This document shows positions 11,020 to 25,000 of a DNA stretch of 60,000 bases, one piece after another (the first letter of the stretch is position 1; every line of letters starts with the position of its first letter). The notes beneath the pieces were generated by a model. It worked only from the letters and a program-made list of their open reading frames with translations. It was not told the origin of the DNA and did no database searches. The stretch comes from Mobula hypostoma (Eukaryota): positions 1-60,000 of the forward strand of contig NW_026948144.1 of the NCBI RefSeq assembly GCF_963921235.1. The letters are read 5' to 3'. The translations under genes were made by a program, and so were the position numbers.

Positions 11020-14000
11020 TGCAGCATGAACCTTTCAGACATCTCAGAATCATGTGGGAAGTTAACCTAAGGTGTTTCCATTAGGTTTGCAGTCAGTACT
11101 TTGGTGTAAAATTGAAATGTATACTACTTGTATTGTCAAAGCATTGTATGCACTGAGAAAACAACTTTTTTGTCTTACACTGCACAGGCATGAAACAGCT
11201 TTCAGACATCTCAGAATCATGTGGGAAGTTAACCTAAGGTGTTTACATTAGGTTTGCAGTCAGTACTTTGGTGTAAAATTGAAATGTATACTACTGGTAT
11301 TGTCAAAGCATTGTATGCACTGAGAAAACAACTTTTTTGTCTTACACTGCACAGGCATGAAACAGCTTTCAGACATCTCAGAATCATGTGGGAAGTTAAC
11401 CTAAGGTGTTTCCATTAGCTTTGCAGTAAGTACTTTGCTGTGAAATTGAAATTTATACTACTTGTATTCTCAAAGCATTGTGTGCACTGAGAAATCAACT
11501 TTTTTGTCTTACACTGCAGTGACATGAAACAGCTTTCAGACATCTCAGAATCATGTGGGAAGTTAACCTAAGGTGTTTACATTAGGTTTGCAGTCAGTAC
11601 TTTGGTGTAAAATTGAAATGTATACTACTTGTATTGTCAAAGCATTGTATGCACTGAGAAATCAACTTTTTTGTCTTACACTGCACAGGCATGAAACAGC
11701 TTTCAGACATCTCAGAATCATGTGGGAAGTTAACCTAAGGTGTTTCCATTAGCTTTGCAGTAAGCACTTTGCTGTGAAATTGAAGTGTATACTACTTGTA
11801 TTGTCAAAGCATTGTATGCACAGAGAAATCAACTTTTTTGTCTAACACTGCAGTGACATGAAACAACTTTCAAACATCTCAGAATCATGTGGGAAGTTAA
11901 CCGAAAGTGTTTCCATTAGATTTGCAGTCAGTACTTTGGTGTAAAATTGAAATGTATACTACTGGTATTGTCAAAGCATTGTATGCACTGAGAAAACAAC
12001 TTTTTTGTCTTACACTGCACAGGCATGAAACAGCTTTCAGACATCTCAGAATCATGTGGGAAGTTAACCTAAGGTGTTTCCATTAGCTTTGCAGTAAGTA
12101 CTTTGCTGTAAAATTGAAATGTATACTACTTGTATTGTCAAAGCATTGTATGCACTGAGAAATCAACTTTTTTGTCTTACACTGCACAGGCATGAAACAG
12201 CTTTCAGACACTTCAGAATCATGTGGGAAGTAAACCTAAGGTGTTTCCATTAGCTTTGCAGTCAGTACTTTGGTGTAAAATTGAAATGTATACTACTGTA
12301 TTGTCAAAGCATTGTATGCACTGAGAAACAACTTTTTTGTCTTACACTGCACAGGCATGAAACAGCTTTCAGACATCTCAGAATCATGTGGGAAGTTAAC
12401 CTAAGGTGTTTCCATTAGCTTTGCAGTAAGTACTTTGCTGTGAAATTGAAATGTATACTACTTGTATTGTCAAAGCATTGTATGCACTGAGAAATCAACT
12501 TTTTTGTCTTACACTGCACAGGCATGAAACAGCTTTCAGACATCTCAGAATCATGTGGGAAGTTAACCTAAGGTGTTTCCATTAGCTTTGCAGTAAGTAC
12601 TTTGGTGTAAAATTGAAATGTATACTACTTGTATTGTCAAAGCATTGTATGCACTGAGAAATCAACTTTTTTGTCTTACACTGCACAGGCATGAAACAGC
12701 TTTCAGACACTTCAGAATCATGTGGGAAGTAAACCTAAGGTGTTTCCATTAGCTTTGCAGTCAGTACTTTGGTGTAAAATTGAAATGTATACTACTTGTA
12801 TTGTCAAAGCATTGTATGCACTGAGAAAACAACTTTTTTGTCTTACACTGCACAGGCATGAAACAGCTTTCAGACATCTCAGAATCATGTGGGAAGTTAA
12901 CCTAAGGTGTTTCCATTAGCTTTGCAGTAAGTACTTTGCTGTGAAATTGAAATGTATACTACTTGTATTGTCAAAGCATTGTGTGCACTGAGAAATCAAC
13001 TTTTTTGTCTTACACTGCAGTGACATGAAACAGCTTTCAGACATCTCAGAATCATGTGGGAAGTTAACCTAAGGTGTTTCCATTAGCTTTGCAGTAAGTA
13101 CTTTGGTGTAAAATTGAAATGTATACTACTTGTATTGTCAAAGCATTGTATGCACTGAGAAATCAACTTTTTTGTCTTACACTGCACAGGCATGAAACAG
13201 CTTTCAGACATCTCAGAATCATGTGGGAAGTTAACCTAAGGTGTTTCCATTAGCTTTGCAGTAAGTACTTTGCTGTGAAATTGAAATGTATACTACTTGT
13301 ATTGTCAAAGCATTGTATGCACTGAGAAATCAACTTTTTTGTCTTACACTGCAGTGACATGAAACAACTTTCAGACATCTCAGAATCATGTGGGAAGTTA
13401 ACCTAAGGTGTTTACATTAGGTTTGCAGTCAGTACTTTGGTGTAAAATTGAAATGTATACTACTGGTATTGTCAAAGCATTGTATGTACTGAGAGAACAA
13501 CTTTTTTGTCTTACACTGCACAGGCATGAAACAGCTTTCAGACATCTCAGAATCATGTGGGAAGTTAACCTAAGGTGTTTCCATTAGCTTTGCAGTAAAT
13601 ACTTTGCTGTGAAATTGAAATGTATACTACTTGTATTGTCAAAGCATTGTGTGCACTGAGAAAACAACTTTTTTGTCTTACGCTGCACAGGCATGAAACA
13701 GCTTTCAGACATCTCAGAATCATGTGGGAAGTTAACCTAAGGTGTTTCCATTAGCTTTGCAGTAAGTACTTTGCTGTGAAATTGAAATGTATACTACTTG
13801 TATTGTCAAAGCATTGTATGCACTGAGAAATCAACTTTTTTGTCTTACACTGCAGTGACATGAAACAACTTTCAGACATCTCAGAATCATGTGGGAAGTT
13901 AACCTAAGGTGTGTCCATTAGGTTTGCTGCAAGTACTTTGGTGTAAAATTGAAATGTATACTACTTGTATTGTCAAAGCATTGTATGTACTGAGAGAACA

Positions 14001-17000
14001 ACTTTTTTGTCTTACACTGCACAGGCATGAAACAGCTTTCAGACATCTCAGAATCATGTGGGAAGTTAACCTAGGGTGTTTCCATTAGCTTTGCAGTAAG
14101 CACTTTGCTGTGAAATTGAAGTGTATACTACTTGTATTGTCAAAGCATTGTATGCACAGAGAAATCAACTTTTTTGTCTTACACTGCACAGGCATGAAAC
14201 AGCTTTCAGACATCTCAGAATCATGTGGGAAGTTAACCTAAGGTGTTTCCATTAGCTTTGCAGTAAGTACTTTGCTGTGAAATTGAAATGTATACTACTT
14301 GTATTGTCAAAGCATTGTATGCACTGAGAAATCAACTTTTTTGTCTTACACTGCAGTGACATGAAACAACTTTCAGACATCTCAGAATCATGTGGGAAGT
14401 TAACCTAAGGTGTTTACATTAGGTTTGCAGTCAGTACTTTGGTGTAAAATTGAAATGTATACTACTGGTATTGTCAAAGCATTGTATGCACTGAGAAAAC
14501 AACTTTTTTGTCTTACACTGCACAGGCATGAAACAGCTTTCAGACATCTCAGAATCATGTGGGAAGTTAACCTAAGGTGTTTCCATTAGCTTTGCAGTAA
14601 GTACTTTGCTGTGAAATTGAAATGTATACTACTTGTATTGTCAAAGCATTGTATGCACTGAGAAATCAACTTTTTTGTCTTACACTGCACAGGCATGAAA
14701 CAGCTTTCAGACATCTCAGAATCATGTGGGAAGTTAACCTAAGGTGTTTCCATTAGCTTTGCAGTAAGCACTTTGCTGTGAAATTGAAGTTTATACTACT
14801 TGTATTGTCAAAGCATTGTATGCACTGAGAAATCAACTTTTTTGTCTTACACTGCAGTGACATGAAACAACTTTCAGACATCTCAGAATCATGTGGGAAG
14901 TTAACCTAAGGTGTTTCCATTAGCTTTGCAGTAAGTACTTTGGTGTAAAATTGAAATGTATACTACTGGTATTGTCAAAGCATTGTATGCACTGAGAAAT
15001 CAACTTTTTTGTCTTACACTGCACAGGCATGAAACAGCTTTCAGACACTTCAGAATCATGTGGGAAGTAAACCTAAGGTGTTTCCATTAGCTTTGCAGTC
15101 AGTACTTTGGTGTAAAATTGAAATGTATACTACTTGTATTGTCAAAGCTTTGTATGTACTGAGAGAACAACTTTTTTGTCTTACACTGCACAGGCATGAA
15201 ACAGCTTTCAACATCTCAGAATCATGTGGGAAGTTAACCTAAGGTGTTTCCATTAGCTTTGCAGTAAGTACTTTGCTGTGAAATTGAAATGTATACTACT
15301 TGTATTGTCAAAGCATTGTATGCACTGAGAAATCAACTTTTTTGTCTTACACTGCACAGGCATGAAACAGCTTTCAGACATCTCAGAATCATGTGGGAAG
15401 TTAACCTAAGGTGTTTCCATTAGCTTTGCAGTAAGTACTTTGCTGTGAAATTGAAATGTATACTACTTGTATTGTCAAAGCATTGTATGCACAGAGAAAT
15501 CAACTTTTTTGTCTAACACTGCAGTGACATGAAACAACTTTCAAACATCTCAGAATCATGTGGGAAGTAAACCTAAGGTGTTTCCATTAGCTTTGCAGTC
15601 AGCACTTTGGTGTAAAATTGAAATGTATACTACTTGTATTGTCAAAGCATTGTATGCACTGAGAAATCAACATTTTTGTCTTACACTGCACAGTCATGAA
15701 ACAGCTTTCAGACATCTCAGAATCATGTGGGAAGTTAACCTAAGGTGTTTCCATTAGCTTTGCAGTAAGTACTTTGCTGTGAAATTGAAATGTATACTAC
15801 TTGTATTGTGAAAGCATTGTATGCACTGAGAAATCAACTTTTTTGTCTTACACTGCAGTGACATGAAACAACTTTCAGACATCTCAGAATCATGTGGGAA
15901 GTTAACCAAAGGTGTGTCCATTAGGTTTGCAGTCAGTACTTTGGTGTAAAATTGAAATGTATACTACTGGTATTGTCAAAGCATTGTATGCACTGAGAAA
16001 ACAACTTTTTTGTCTTACACTGCACAGGCATGAAACAGCTTTCAGACATCTCAGAATCATGTGGGAAGTTAACCTAAGGTGTTTACATTAGGTTTGCAGT
16101 CAGTACTTTGGTGTAAAATTGAAATGTATACTACTTGTATTGTCAAAGCATTGTATGTACTGAGAGAACAACTTTTTTGTGTTACACTGCACAGGCATGA
16201 AGCAGCTTTCACATCTCAGAATCATGTGGGAAGTTAACCTAAGGTGTTTCCATTAGCTTTGCAGTAAGTACTTTGCTGTGAAATTGAAATGTATACTACT
16301 TGTATTGTCAAAGCATTGTATGCACTGAGAAATCAACTTTTTTGTCTTACACTGCACAGGCATGAAACAGCTTTCAGACATCTCAGAATCATGTGGGAAG
16401 TTAACCTAAGGTGTTTCCATTAGCTTTGCAGTAAGTACTTTGCTGTGAAATTGAAATGTATACTACTTGTATTGTCAAAGCATTGTATGCACTGAGAAAT
16501 CAACTTTTTTGTCTTACACTGCAGTGACATGAAACAACTTTCAAACATCTCAGAATCATGTGGGAAGTTAACCGAAAGTGTTTCCATTAGATTTGCAGTC
16601 AGTACTTTGGTGTAAAATTGAAATGTATACTACTGGTATTGTCAAAGCATTGTATGTACTGAGAGAACAACTTTTTTGTCTTACACTGCACAGGCATGAA
16701 ACAGCTTTCAGACATCTCAGAATCATGTGGGAAGTTAACCTAAGGTGTTTCCATTAGCTTTGCAGTAAGTACTTTGCTGTGAAATTGAAATGTATACTAC
16801 TTGTATTGTCAAAGCATTGTATGCACTGAGAAATCAACTTTTTTGTCTTACACTGCACAGGCATGAAACAGCTTTCAGACACTTCAGAATCATGTGGGAA
16901 GTAAACCTAAGGTGTTTCCATTAGCTTTGCAGTCAGTACTTTGGTGTAAAATTGAAATGTATACTACTTGTATTGTCAAAGCTTTGTATGTACTGAGAAA

Positions 17001-18381
17001 TCAACTTTTTTGTCTTACACTGCACAGGCATGAAACAGCTTTCAGACATCTCAGAATCATGTGGGAAGTTAACCTAAGGTGTTTCCATTAGCTTTGCAGT
17101 AAGTACTTTGCTGTGAAATTGAAAGTATACTACTTGTATTGTGAAAGCATTGTATGCACTGAGAAATCAACTTTTTTGTCTTACACTGCAGTGACATGAA
17201 ACAACTTTCAGACATCTCAGAATCATGTGGGAAGTTAACCTAAGGTGTTTACATTAGGTTTGCAGTCAGTACTTTGGTGTAAAATTGAAATGTATACTAC
17301 TGGTATTGTCAAAGCATTGTATGTACTGAGAGAACAACTTTTTTGTCTTACACTGCACAGGCATGAAACAGCTTTCAGACATCTCAGAATCATGTGGGAA
17401 GTTAACCTAAGGTGTTTCCATTAGCTTTGCAGTAAGTACTTTGCTGTGAAATTGAAATGTATACTACTTGTATTGTCAAAGCATTGTATGCACTGAGAAA
17501 TCAACTTTTTTGTCTTACACTGCACAGGCATGAAACAGCTTTCAGACATCTCAGAATCATGTGGGAAGTTAACCTAAGGTGTTTCCATTAGCTTTGCAGT
17601 AAGTACTTTCCTGTGAAATTGAAATTTATACTACTTGTATTGTCAAAGCATTGTATGCACTGAGAAATCAACTTTTTTGTCTTACACTGCAGTGACATGA
17701 AACAACTTTCAGACATCTCAGAATCATGTGGGAAGTAAACCTAAGGTGTTTCCATTAGCTTTGCAGTCAGTACTTTGGTGTAAAATTGAAATGTATACTA
17801 CTTGTATTGTCAAAGCATTGTATGCACTGAGAAATCAACTTTTTTGTCTTACACTGCACAGACATGAAACAGCTTTCAGACATCTCAGAATCATGTGGGA
17901 AGTTAAGCTAGGGTGTTTCCATTAGCTTTGCAGTAAGCACTTTGCTGTGAAATTGAAGTGTATACTACTTGTATTGTCAAAGCATTGTATGCACTGAGAA
18001 ATCAACTTTTTTGTCTTACACTGCAGTGACATGAAACAACTTTCAGACATCTCAGAATCATGTGGGAAGTTAACCGAAGGTGTTTCCATTAGATTTGCAA
18101 TCAGTACTTTGGTGTAAAATTGAAATGTATACTACTGGTATTGTCAAAGCATTGTATGCACTGAGAAAACAACTTTTTTGTCTTACACTGCACAGGCATG
18201 AAACAGCTTTCAGACATCTCAGAATCATGTGGGAAGTTAACCTAAGGTGTTTCCATTAGGTTTGCAGTCAGTACTTTGGTGTAAAATTGAAATGTATACT
18301 ACTTGTATTGTCAAAGCATTGTATGCACTGAGAAAACAACTTTTTTGTCTTACACTGCACAGGCATGAAACAGCTTTCAGA

Positions 18382-19049
18382 CATCTCAGAATCATGTGGG
18401 AAGTTAACCTAAGGTGTTTCCATTAGCTTTGCAGTAAGTACTTTGCTGTGAAATTGAAATGTATACTACTTGTATTGTCAAAGCATTGTATGCACTGAGA
18501 AATCAACTTTTTTGTCTTACACTGCAGTGACATGAAACAACTTTCAGACATCTCAGAATCATGTGGGAAGTTAACCTAAGGTGTTTACATTAGGTTTGCA
18601 GTCAGTACTTTGGTGTAAAATTGAAATGTATACTACTTGTATTGTCAAAGCATTGTATGTACTGAGAGAACAACTTTTTTGTCTTACACTGCACAGGCAT
18701 GAAACAGCTTTCAGACATCTCAGAATCATGTGGGAAGTTAACCTATGGTGTTTCCATTAGCTTTGCAGTAAGTACTTTGCTGTGAAATTGAAATTTATAC
18801 TACTTGTATTGTCAAAGCATTGTATGCACTGAGAAATCAACTTTTTTGTCTTACACTGCAGTGACATGAAACAACTTTCAGACATCTCAGAATCATGTGG
18901 GAAGTTAACCTAAGGTGTTTACATTAGGTTTGCAGTCAGTACTTTGGTGTAAAATTGAAATGTATACTACTTGTATTGTCAAAGCATTGTATGTACTGAG
19001 AGAACAACTTTTTTGTCTTACACTGCACAGGCATGAAACAGCTTTCAGA
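18382..19049 (+). repeat. Local higher-order repeat: two copies of a 334-bp A'-B dimer
   Basis: Monomers at 18382 and 18716 are class A ending in cagtgac/aacaac. Monomers at 18549 and 18883 are class B with tttac, aggtt and gtactgagagaac. Confidence 0.75.
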
Positions 19050-22000
19050 CATCTCAGAATCATGTGGGAAGTTAACCTAAGGTGTTTCCATTAGCTTTGC
19101 AGTAAGTACTTTGCTGTGAAATTGAAATGTATACTACTTGTATTGTCAAAGCATTGTATGCACTGAGAAATCAACTTTTTTGTCTTACACTGCACAGGCA
19201 TGAAACAGCTTTCAGACATCTCAGAATCATGTGGGAAGTTAACCTAAGGTGTTTCCATTAGCTTTGCAGTAAGTACTTTGCTGTAAAATTGAAATGTATA
19301 CTACTTGTATTGTCAAAGCATTGTATGCACTGAGAAATCAACTTTTTTGTCTTACACTGCACAGGCATGAAACAGCTTTCAGACATCTCAGAATCATGTG
19401 GGAAGTGAACCTAGGGTGTTTCCATTAGCTTTGCAGTAAGCACTTTGCTGTGAAATTGAAGTGTATACTACTTGTATTGTCAAAGCATTGTATGCACAGA
19501 GAAATCAACTTTTTTGTCTAACACTGCAGTGACATGAAACAACTTTCAGACATCTCAGAATCATGTGGGAAGTTAACCTAAGGTGTTTACATTAGGTTTG
19601 CAGTCAGTACTTTGGTGTAAAATTGAAATGTATACTACTGGTATTGTCAAAGCATTGTATGCACTGAGAAAACAACTTTTTTGTCTTACACTGCACAGGC
19701 ATGAAACAGCTTTCAGACATCTCAGAATCATGTGGGAAGTTAACCTAAGGTGTTTCCATTAGCTTTGCAGTAAGTACTTTGCTGTGAAATTGAAATGTAT
19801 ACTACTTGTATTGTCAAAGCATTGTATGCACTGAGAAAACAACTTTTTTGTCTTACACTGCACAGGCATGAAACAGCTTTCAGACATCTCAGAATCATGT
19901 GGGAAGTTAACCTAAGGTGTTTACATTAGCTTTGCAGTAAGCACTTTGCTGTGAAATTGAAGTGTATACTACTTGTATTGTCAAAGCATTGTATGCACTG
20001 AGAAATCAACTTTTTTGTCTTACACTGCAGTGACATGAAACAGCTTTCAGACATCTCAGAATCATGTGGGAAGTTAACCTAAGGTGTTTCCATTAGCTTT
20101 GCAGTCAGTACTTTGGTGTAAAATTGAAATGTATACTACTTGTATTGTCAAAGCATTGTATGCACTGAGAAATCAACTTTTTTGTCTTACACTGCACAGG
20201 CATGAAACAGCTTTCAGACATCTCAGAATCATGTGGGAAGTTAACCTAAGGTGTTTCCATTAGCTTTGCAGTAAGTACTTTGCTGTAAAATTGAAATGTA
20301 TACTACTTGTATTGTCAAAGCATTGTATGCACTGAGAAATCAACTTTTTTGTCTTACACTGCACAGGCATGAAACAGCTTTCAGACATCTCAGAATCATG
20401 TGGGAAGTTAACCTAAGGTGTTTACATTAGGTTTGCAGTCAGTACTTTGGTGTAAAATTGAAATGTATACTACTTGTATTGTCAAAGCATTGTATGTACT
20501 GAGAGAACAACTTTTTTGTCTTACACTGCACAGGCATGAAACAGCTTTCAGACATCTCAGAATCATGTGGGAAGTTAACCTAAGGTGTTTACATTAGCTT
20601 TGCAGTAAGCACTTTGCTGTGAAATTGAAGTGTATACTACTTGTATTGTCAAAGCATTGTATGCACTGAGAAATCAACTTTTTTGTCTTACACTGCACAG
20701 GCATGAAACAGCTTTCAGACATCTCAGAATCATGTGGGAACTTAACCTAAGGTGTTTACATTAGCTTTGCAGTAAGCACTTTGCTGTGAAATTGAAGTGT
20801 ATACTACTTGTATTGTCAAAGCATTGTATGCACTGAGAAATCAACTTTTTTGTCTTACACTGCAGTGACATGAAACAACTTTCAGACATCTCAGAATCAT
20901 GTGGGAAGTTAACCTAAGGTGTTTACATTAGGTTTGCAGTCAGTACTTTGGTGTAAAATTGAAATGTATACTACTGGTATTGTCAAAGCATTGTATGTAC
21001 TGAGAGAACAACTTTTTTGTCTTACACTGCACAGGCATGAAACAGCTTTCAGACATCTTAGAATCATGTGGGAAGTTAACCTAAGGTGTTTCCATTAGCT
21101 TTGCAGTAAGTACTTTGCTGTGAAATTGAAATTTATACTACTTGTATTGTCAAAGCATTGTATGCACTGAGAAATCAACTTTTTTGTCTTACACTGCACA
21201 GGCATGAAACAGCTTTCAGACATCTCAGAATCATGTGGGAAGTTAACCTAAGGTGTTTCCATTAGCTTTGCAGTAAGCACTTTGCTGTGAAATTGAAGTG
21301 TATACTACTTGTATTGTCAAAGCATTGTGTGCACTGAGAAATCAACTTTTTTGTCTTACACTGCAGTGACATGAAACAGCTTTCAGACATCTCAGAATCA
21401 TGTGGGAAGTTAACCTAAGGTGTTTCCATTAGCTTTGCAGTAAGTACTTTGGTGTAAAATTGAAATGTATACTACTTGTATTGTCAAAGCATTGTATGCA
21501 CTGAGAAATCAACTTTTTTGTCTTACACTGCACAGGCATGAAACAGCTTTCAGACATCTCAGAATCATGTGGGAAGTAAACCCAAGGTGTTTCCATTAGC
21601 TTTGCAGTCAGTACTCTGGTGTAAAATTGAAATGTATACTACTTGTATTGTCAAAGCATTGTATGTACTGAGAGAACAACTTTTTTGTCTTACACTGCAC
21701 AGGCATGAAACAGCTTTCAGACATCTCAGAATCATGTGGGAAGTTAACCTAAGGTGTTTCCATTAGCTTTGCAGTAAGTACTTTGCTGTGAAATTGAAAT
21801 GTATACTACTTGTATTGTCAAAGCATTGTAAGCACTGAGAAATCAACTTTTTTGTCTTACACTACACAGGCATGAAACAGTTTTCAGACATCTCAGAATC
21901 ATGTGGGAAGTTAACCTAAGGTGTTTCCATTAGCTTTGCAGTAAGTACTTTGCTGTGAAATTGAAATGTATACTACTTGTATTGTCAAAGCATTGTATGC

Positions 22001-25000
22001 ACTGAGAAATCAACTTTTTTGTCTTACACTGCAGTGACATGAAACAACTTTCAGACATCTCAGAATCATGTGGGAAGTAAACCTAAGGTGTTTCCATTAG
22101 CTTTGCAGTCAGTACTTTGGTGTAAAATTGAAATGTATACTACTTGTATTGTCAAAGCATTGTATGCACTGAGAAATCAACTTTTTTGTCTTACACTGCA
22201 CAGGCATGAAACAGCTTTCAGACATCTCAGAATCATGTGGGAAGTTAACCTAAGGTGTTTCCATTAGCTTTGCAGTAAGTACTTTGCTGTGAAATTGAAA
22301 TGTATACTACTTGTATTGTGAAAGCATTGTATGCACTGAGAAATCAACTTTTTTGTCTTACACTGCAGTGACATGAAACAACTTTCAAACATCTCAGAAT
22401 CATGTGGGAAGTTAACCGAAAGTGTTTCCATTAGATTTGCAATCAGTACTTTGGTGTAAAATTGAAATGTATACTACTGGTATTGTCAAAGCATTGTATG
22501 CACTGAGAAAACAACTTTTTTGTCTTACACTGCACAGGCATGAAACAGCTTTCAGACACTTCAGAATCATGTGGGAAGTAAACCTAAGGTGTTTCCATTA
22601 GCTTTGCAGTCAGTACTTTGGTGTAAAATTGAAATGTATACTACTTGTATTGTCAAAGCGTTGTATGTACTGAGAAAACAACTTTTTTGTCTTACACTGC
22701 ACAGGCATGAAACAGCTTTCAGACATCTCAGAATCATGTGGGAAGTTAACCTAAGGTGTTTCCATTAGCTTTGCAGTAAGTACTTTGCTGTGAAATTGAA
22801 ATGTATACTACTTGTATTGTCAAAGCATTGTATGCACTGAGAAATCAACTTTTTTGTCTTACACTGCACAGGCATGAAACAGCTTTCAGACATCTCAGAA
22901 TCATGTGGGAAGTTAACCTAAGGTGTTTCCATTAGCTTTGCAGTAAGTACTTTGCTGTGAAATTGAAATGTATACTACTTGTATTGTCAAAGCATTGTAT
23001 GCACTGAGAAATCAACTTTTTTGTCTTACACTGCAGTGACATGAAACAACTTTCAAACATCTCAGAATCATGTGGGAAGTTAACCGAAAGTGTTTCCATT
23101 AGATTTGCAGTCAGTACTTTGTTGTAAAATTGAAATGTATACTACTTGTATTGTCAAAGCATTGTATGCACTGAGAAAACAACATTTTTGTCTTACACTG
23201 CACAGGCATGAAACAGCTTTCAGACATCTCAGAATCATGTGGGAAGTTAACCTAAGGTGTTTCCATTAGCTTTGCAGTAAGTACTTTGCTGTAAAATTGA
23301 AATGTATACTACTTGTATTGTCAAAGCATTGTGTGCACTGAGAAATCAACTTTTTTGTCTTACACTGCAGTGACATGAAACAGCTTTCAGACATCTCAGA
23401 ATCATGTGGGAAGTTAACCTAAGGTGTTTCCATTAGCTTTGCAGTCAGTACTTTGGTGTAAAATTGAAATGTATACTACTTGTATTGTCAAAGCATTGTA
23501 TGTACTGAGAAAACAACTTTTTTGTCTTACACTGCACAGCATGAAACAGCTTTCGACATCTCAGAATCATGTGGGAAGTTAACCTAAGGTGTTTCCATTA
23601 GCTTTGCAGTAAGTACTTTGCTGTGAAATTGAAATTTATACTACTTGTATTGTCAAAGCATTGTATGCACTGAGAAATCAACTTTTTTGTCTTACACTGC
23701 AGTGACATGAAACAACTTTCAAACATCTCAGAATCATGTGGGAAGTTAACCTAAGGTGTTTACATTAGGTTTGCAGTCAGTACTTTGGTGTAAAATTGAA
23801 ATGTATACTACTTGTATTGTCAAAGCATTGTATGTACTGAGAGAACAACTTTTTTGTCTTACACTGCACAGGCATGAAACAGCTTTCAGACATCTCAGAA
23901 TCATGTGGGAAGTTAACCTAAGGTGTTTCCATTAGCTTTGCAGTAAGTACTTTGCTGTGAAATTGAAATGTATACTACTTGTATTGTCAAAGCATTGTAT
24001 GCACTGAGAAATCAACTTTTTTGTCTTACACTGCACAGGCATGAAACAGCTTTCAGACATCTCAGAATCATGTGGGAAGTTAACCTAAGGTGTTTCCATT
24101 AGCTTTGCAGTAAGTACTTTGCTGTAAAATTGAAATGTATACTACTTGTATTGTCAAAGCATTGTGTGCACTGAGAAATCAACTTTTTTGTCTTACACTG
24201 CAGTGACATGAAACAGCTTTCAGACATCTCAGAATCATGTGGGAAGTTAACCTAAGGTGTTTCCATTAGCTTTGCAGTAAGTACTTTGCTGTGAAATTGA
24301 AATGTATACTACTTGTATTGTCAAAGCATTGTATGCACTGAGAAATCAACTTTTTTGTCTTACACTGCACAGGCATGAAACAGCTTTCAGACATCTCAGA
24401 ATCATGTGGGAAGTTAACCTAGGGTGTTTCCATTAGCTTTGCAGTAAGCACTTTGCTGTGAAATTGAAGTGTATACTACTTGTATTGTCAAAGCATTGTA
24501 TGCACAGAGAAATCAACTTTTTTGTCTAACACTGCAGTGACATGAAACAACTTTCAAACATCTCAGAATCATGTGGGAAGTTAACCGAAAGTGTTTCCAT
24601 TAGATTTGCAGTCAGTACTTTGGTGTAAAATTGAAATGTATACTACTTGTATTGTCAAAGCATTGTATGCACTGAGAAAACAACTTTTTTGTCTTACACT
24701 GCACAGGCATGAAACAGCTTTCAGACATCTCAGAATCATGTGGGAAGTTAACCTAAGGTGTTTACATTAGGTTTGCAGTCAGTACTTTGGTGTAAAATTG
24801 AAATGTATACTACTGGTATTGTCAAAGCATTGTATGTACTGAGAGAACAACTTTTTTGTCTTACACTGCACAGGCATGAAACAGTTTTCAGACATCTCAG
24901 AATCATGTGGGAAGTTAACCTAAGGTGTTTCCATTAGCTTTGCAGTAAGTACTTTGCTGTGAAATTGAAATTTATACTACTTGTATTGTCAAAGCATTGT

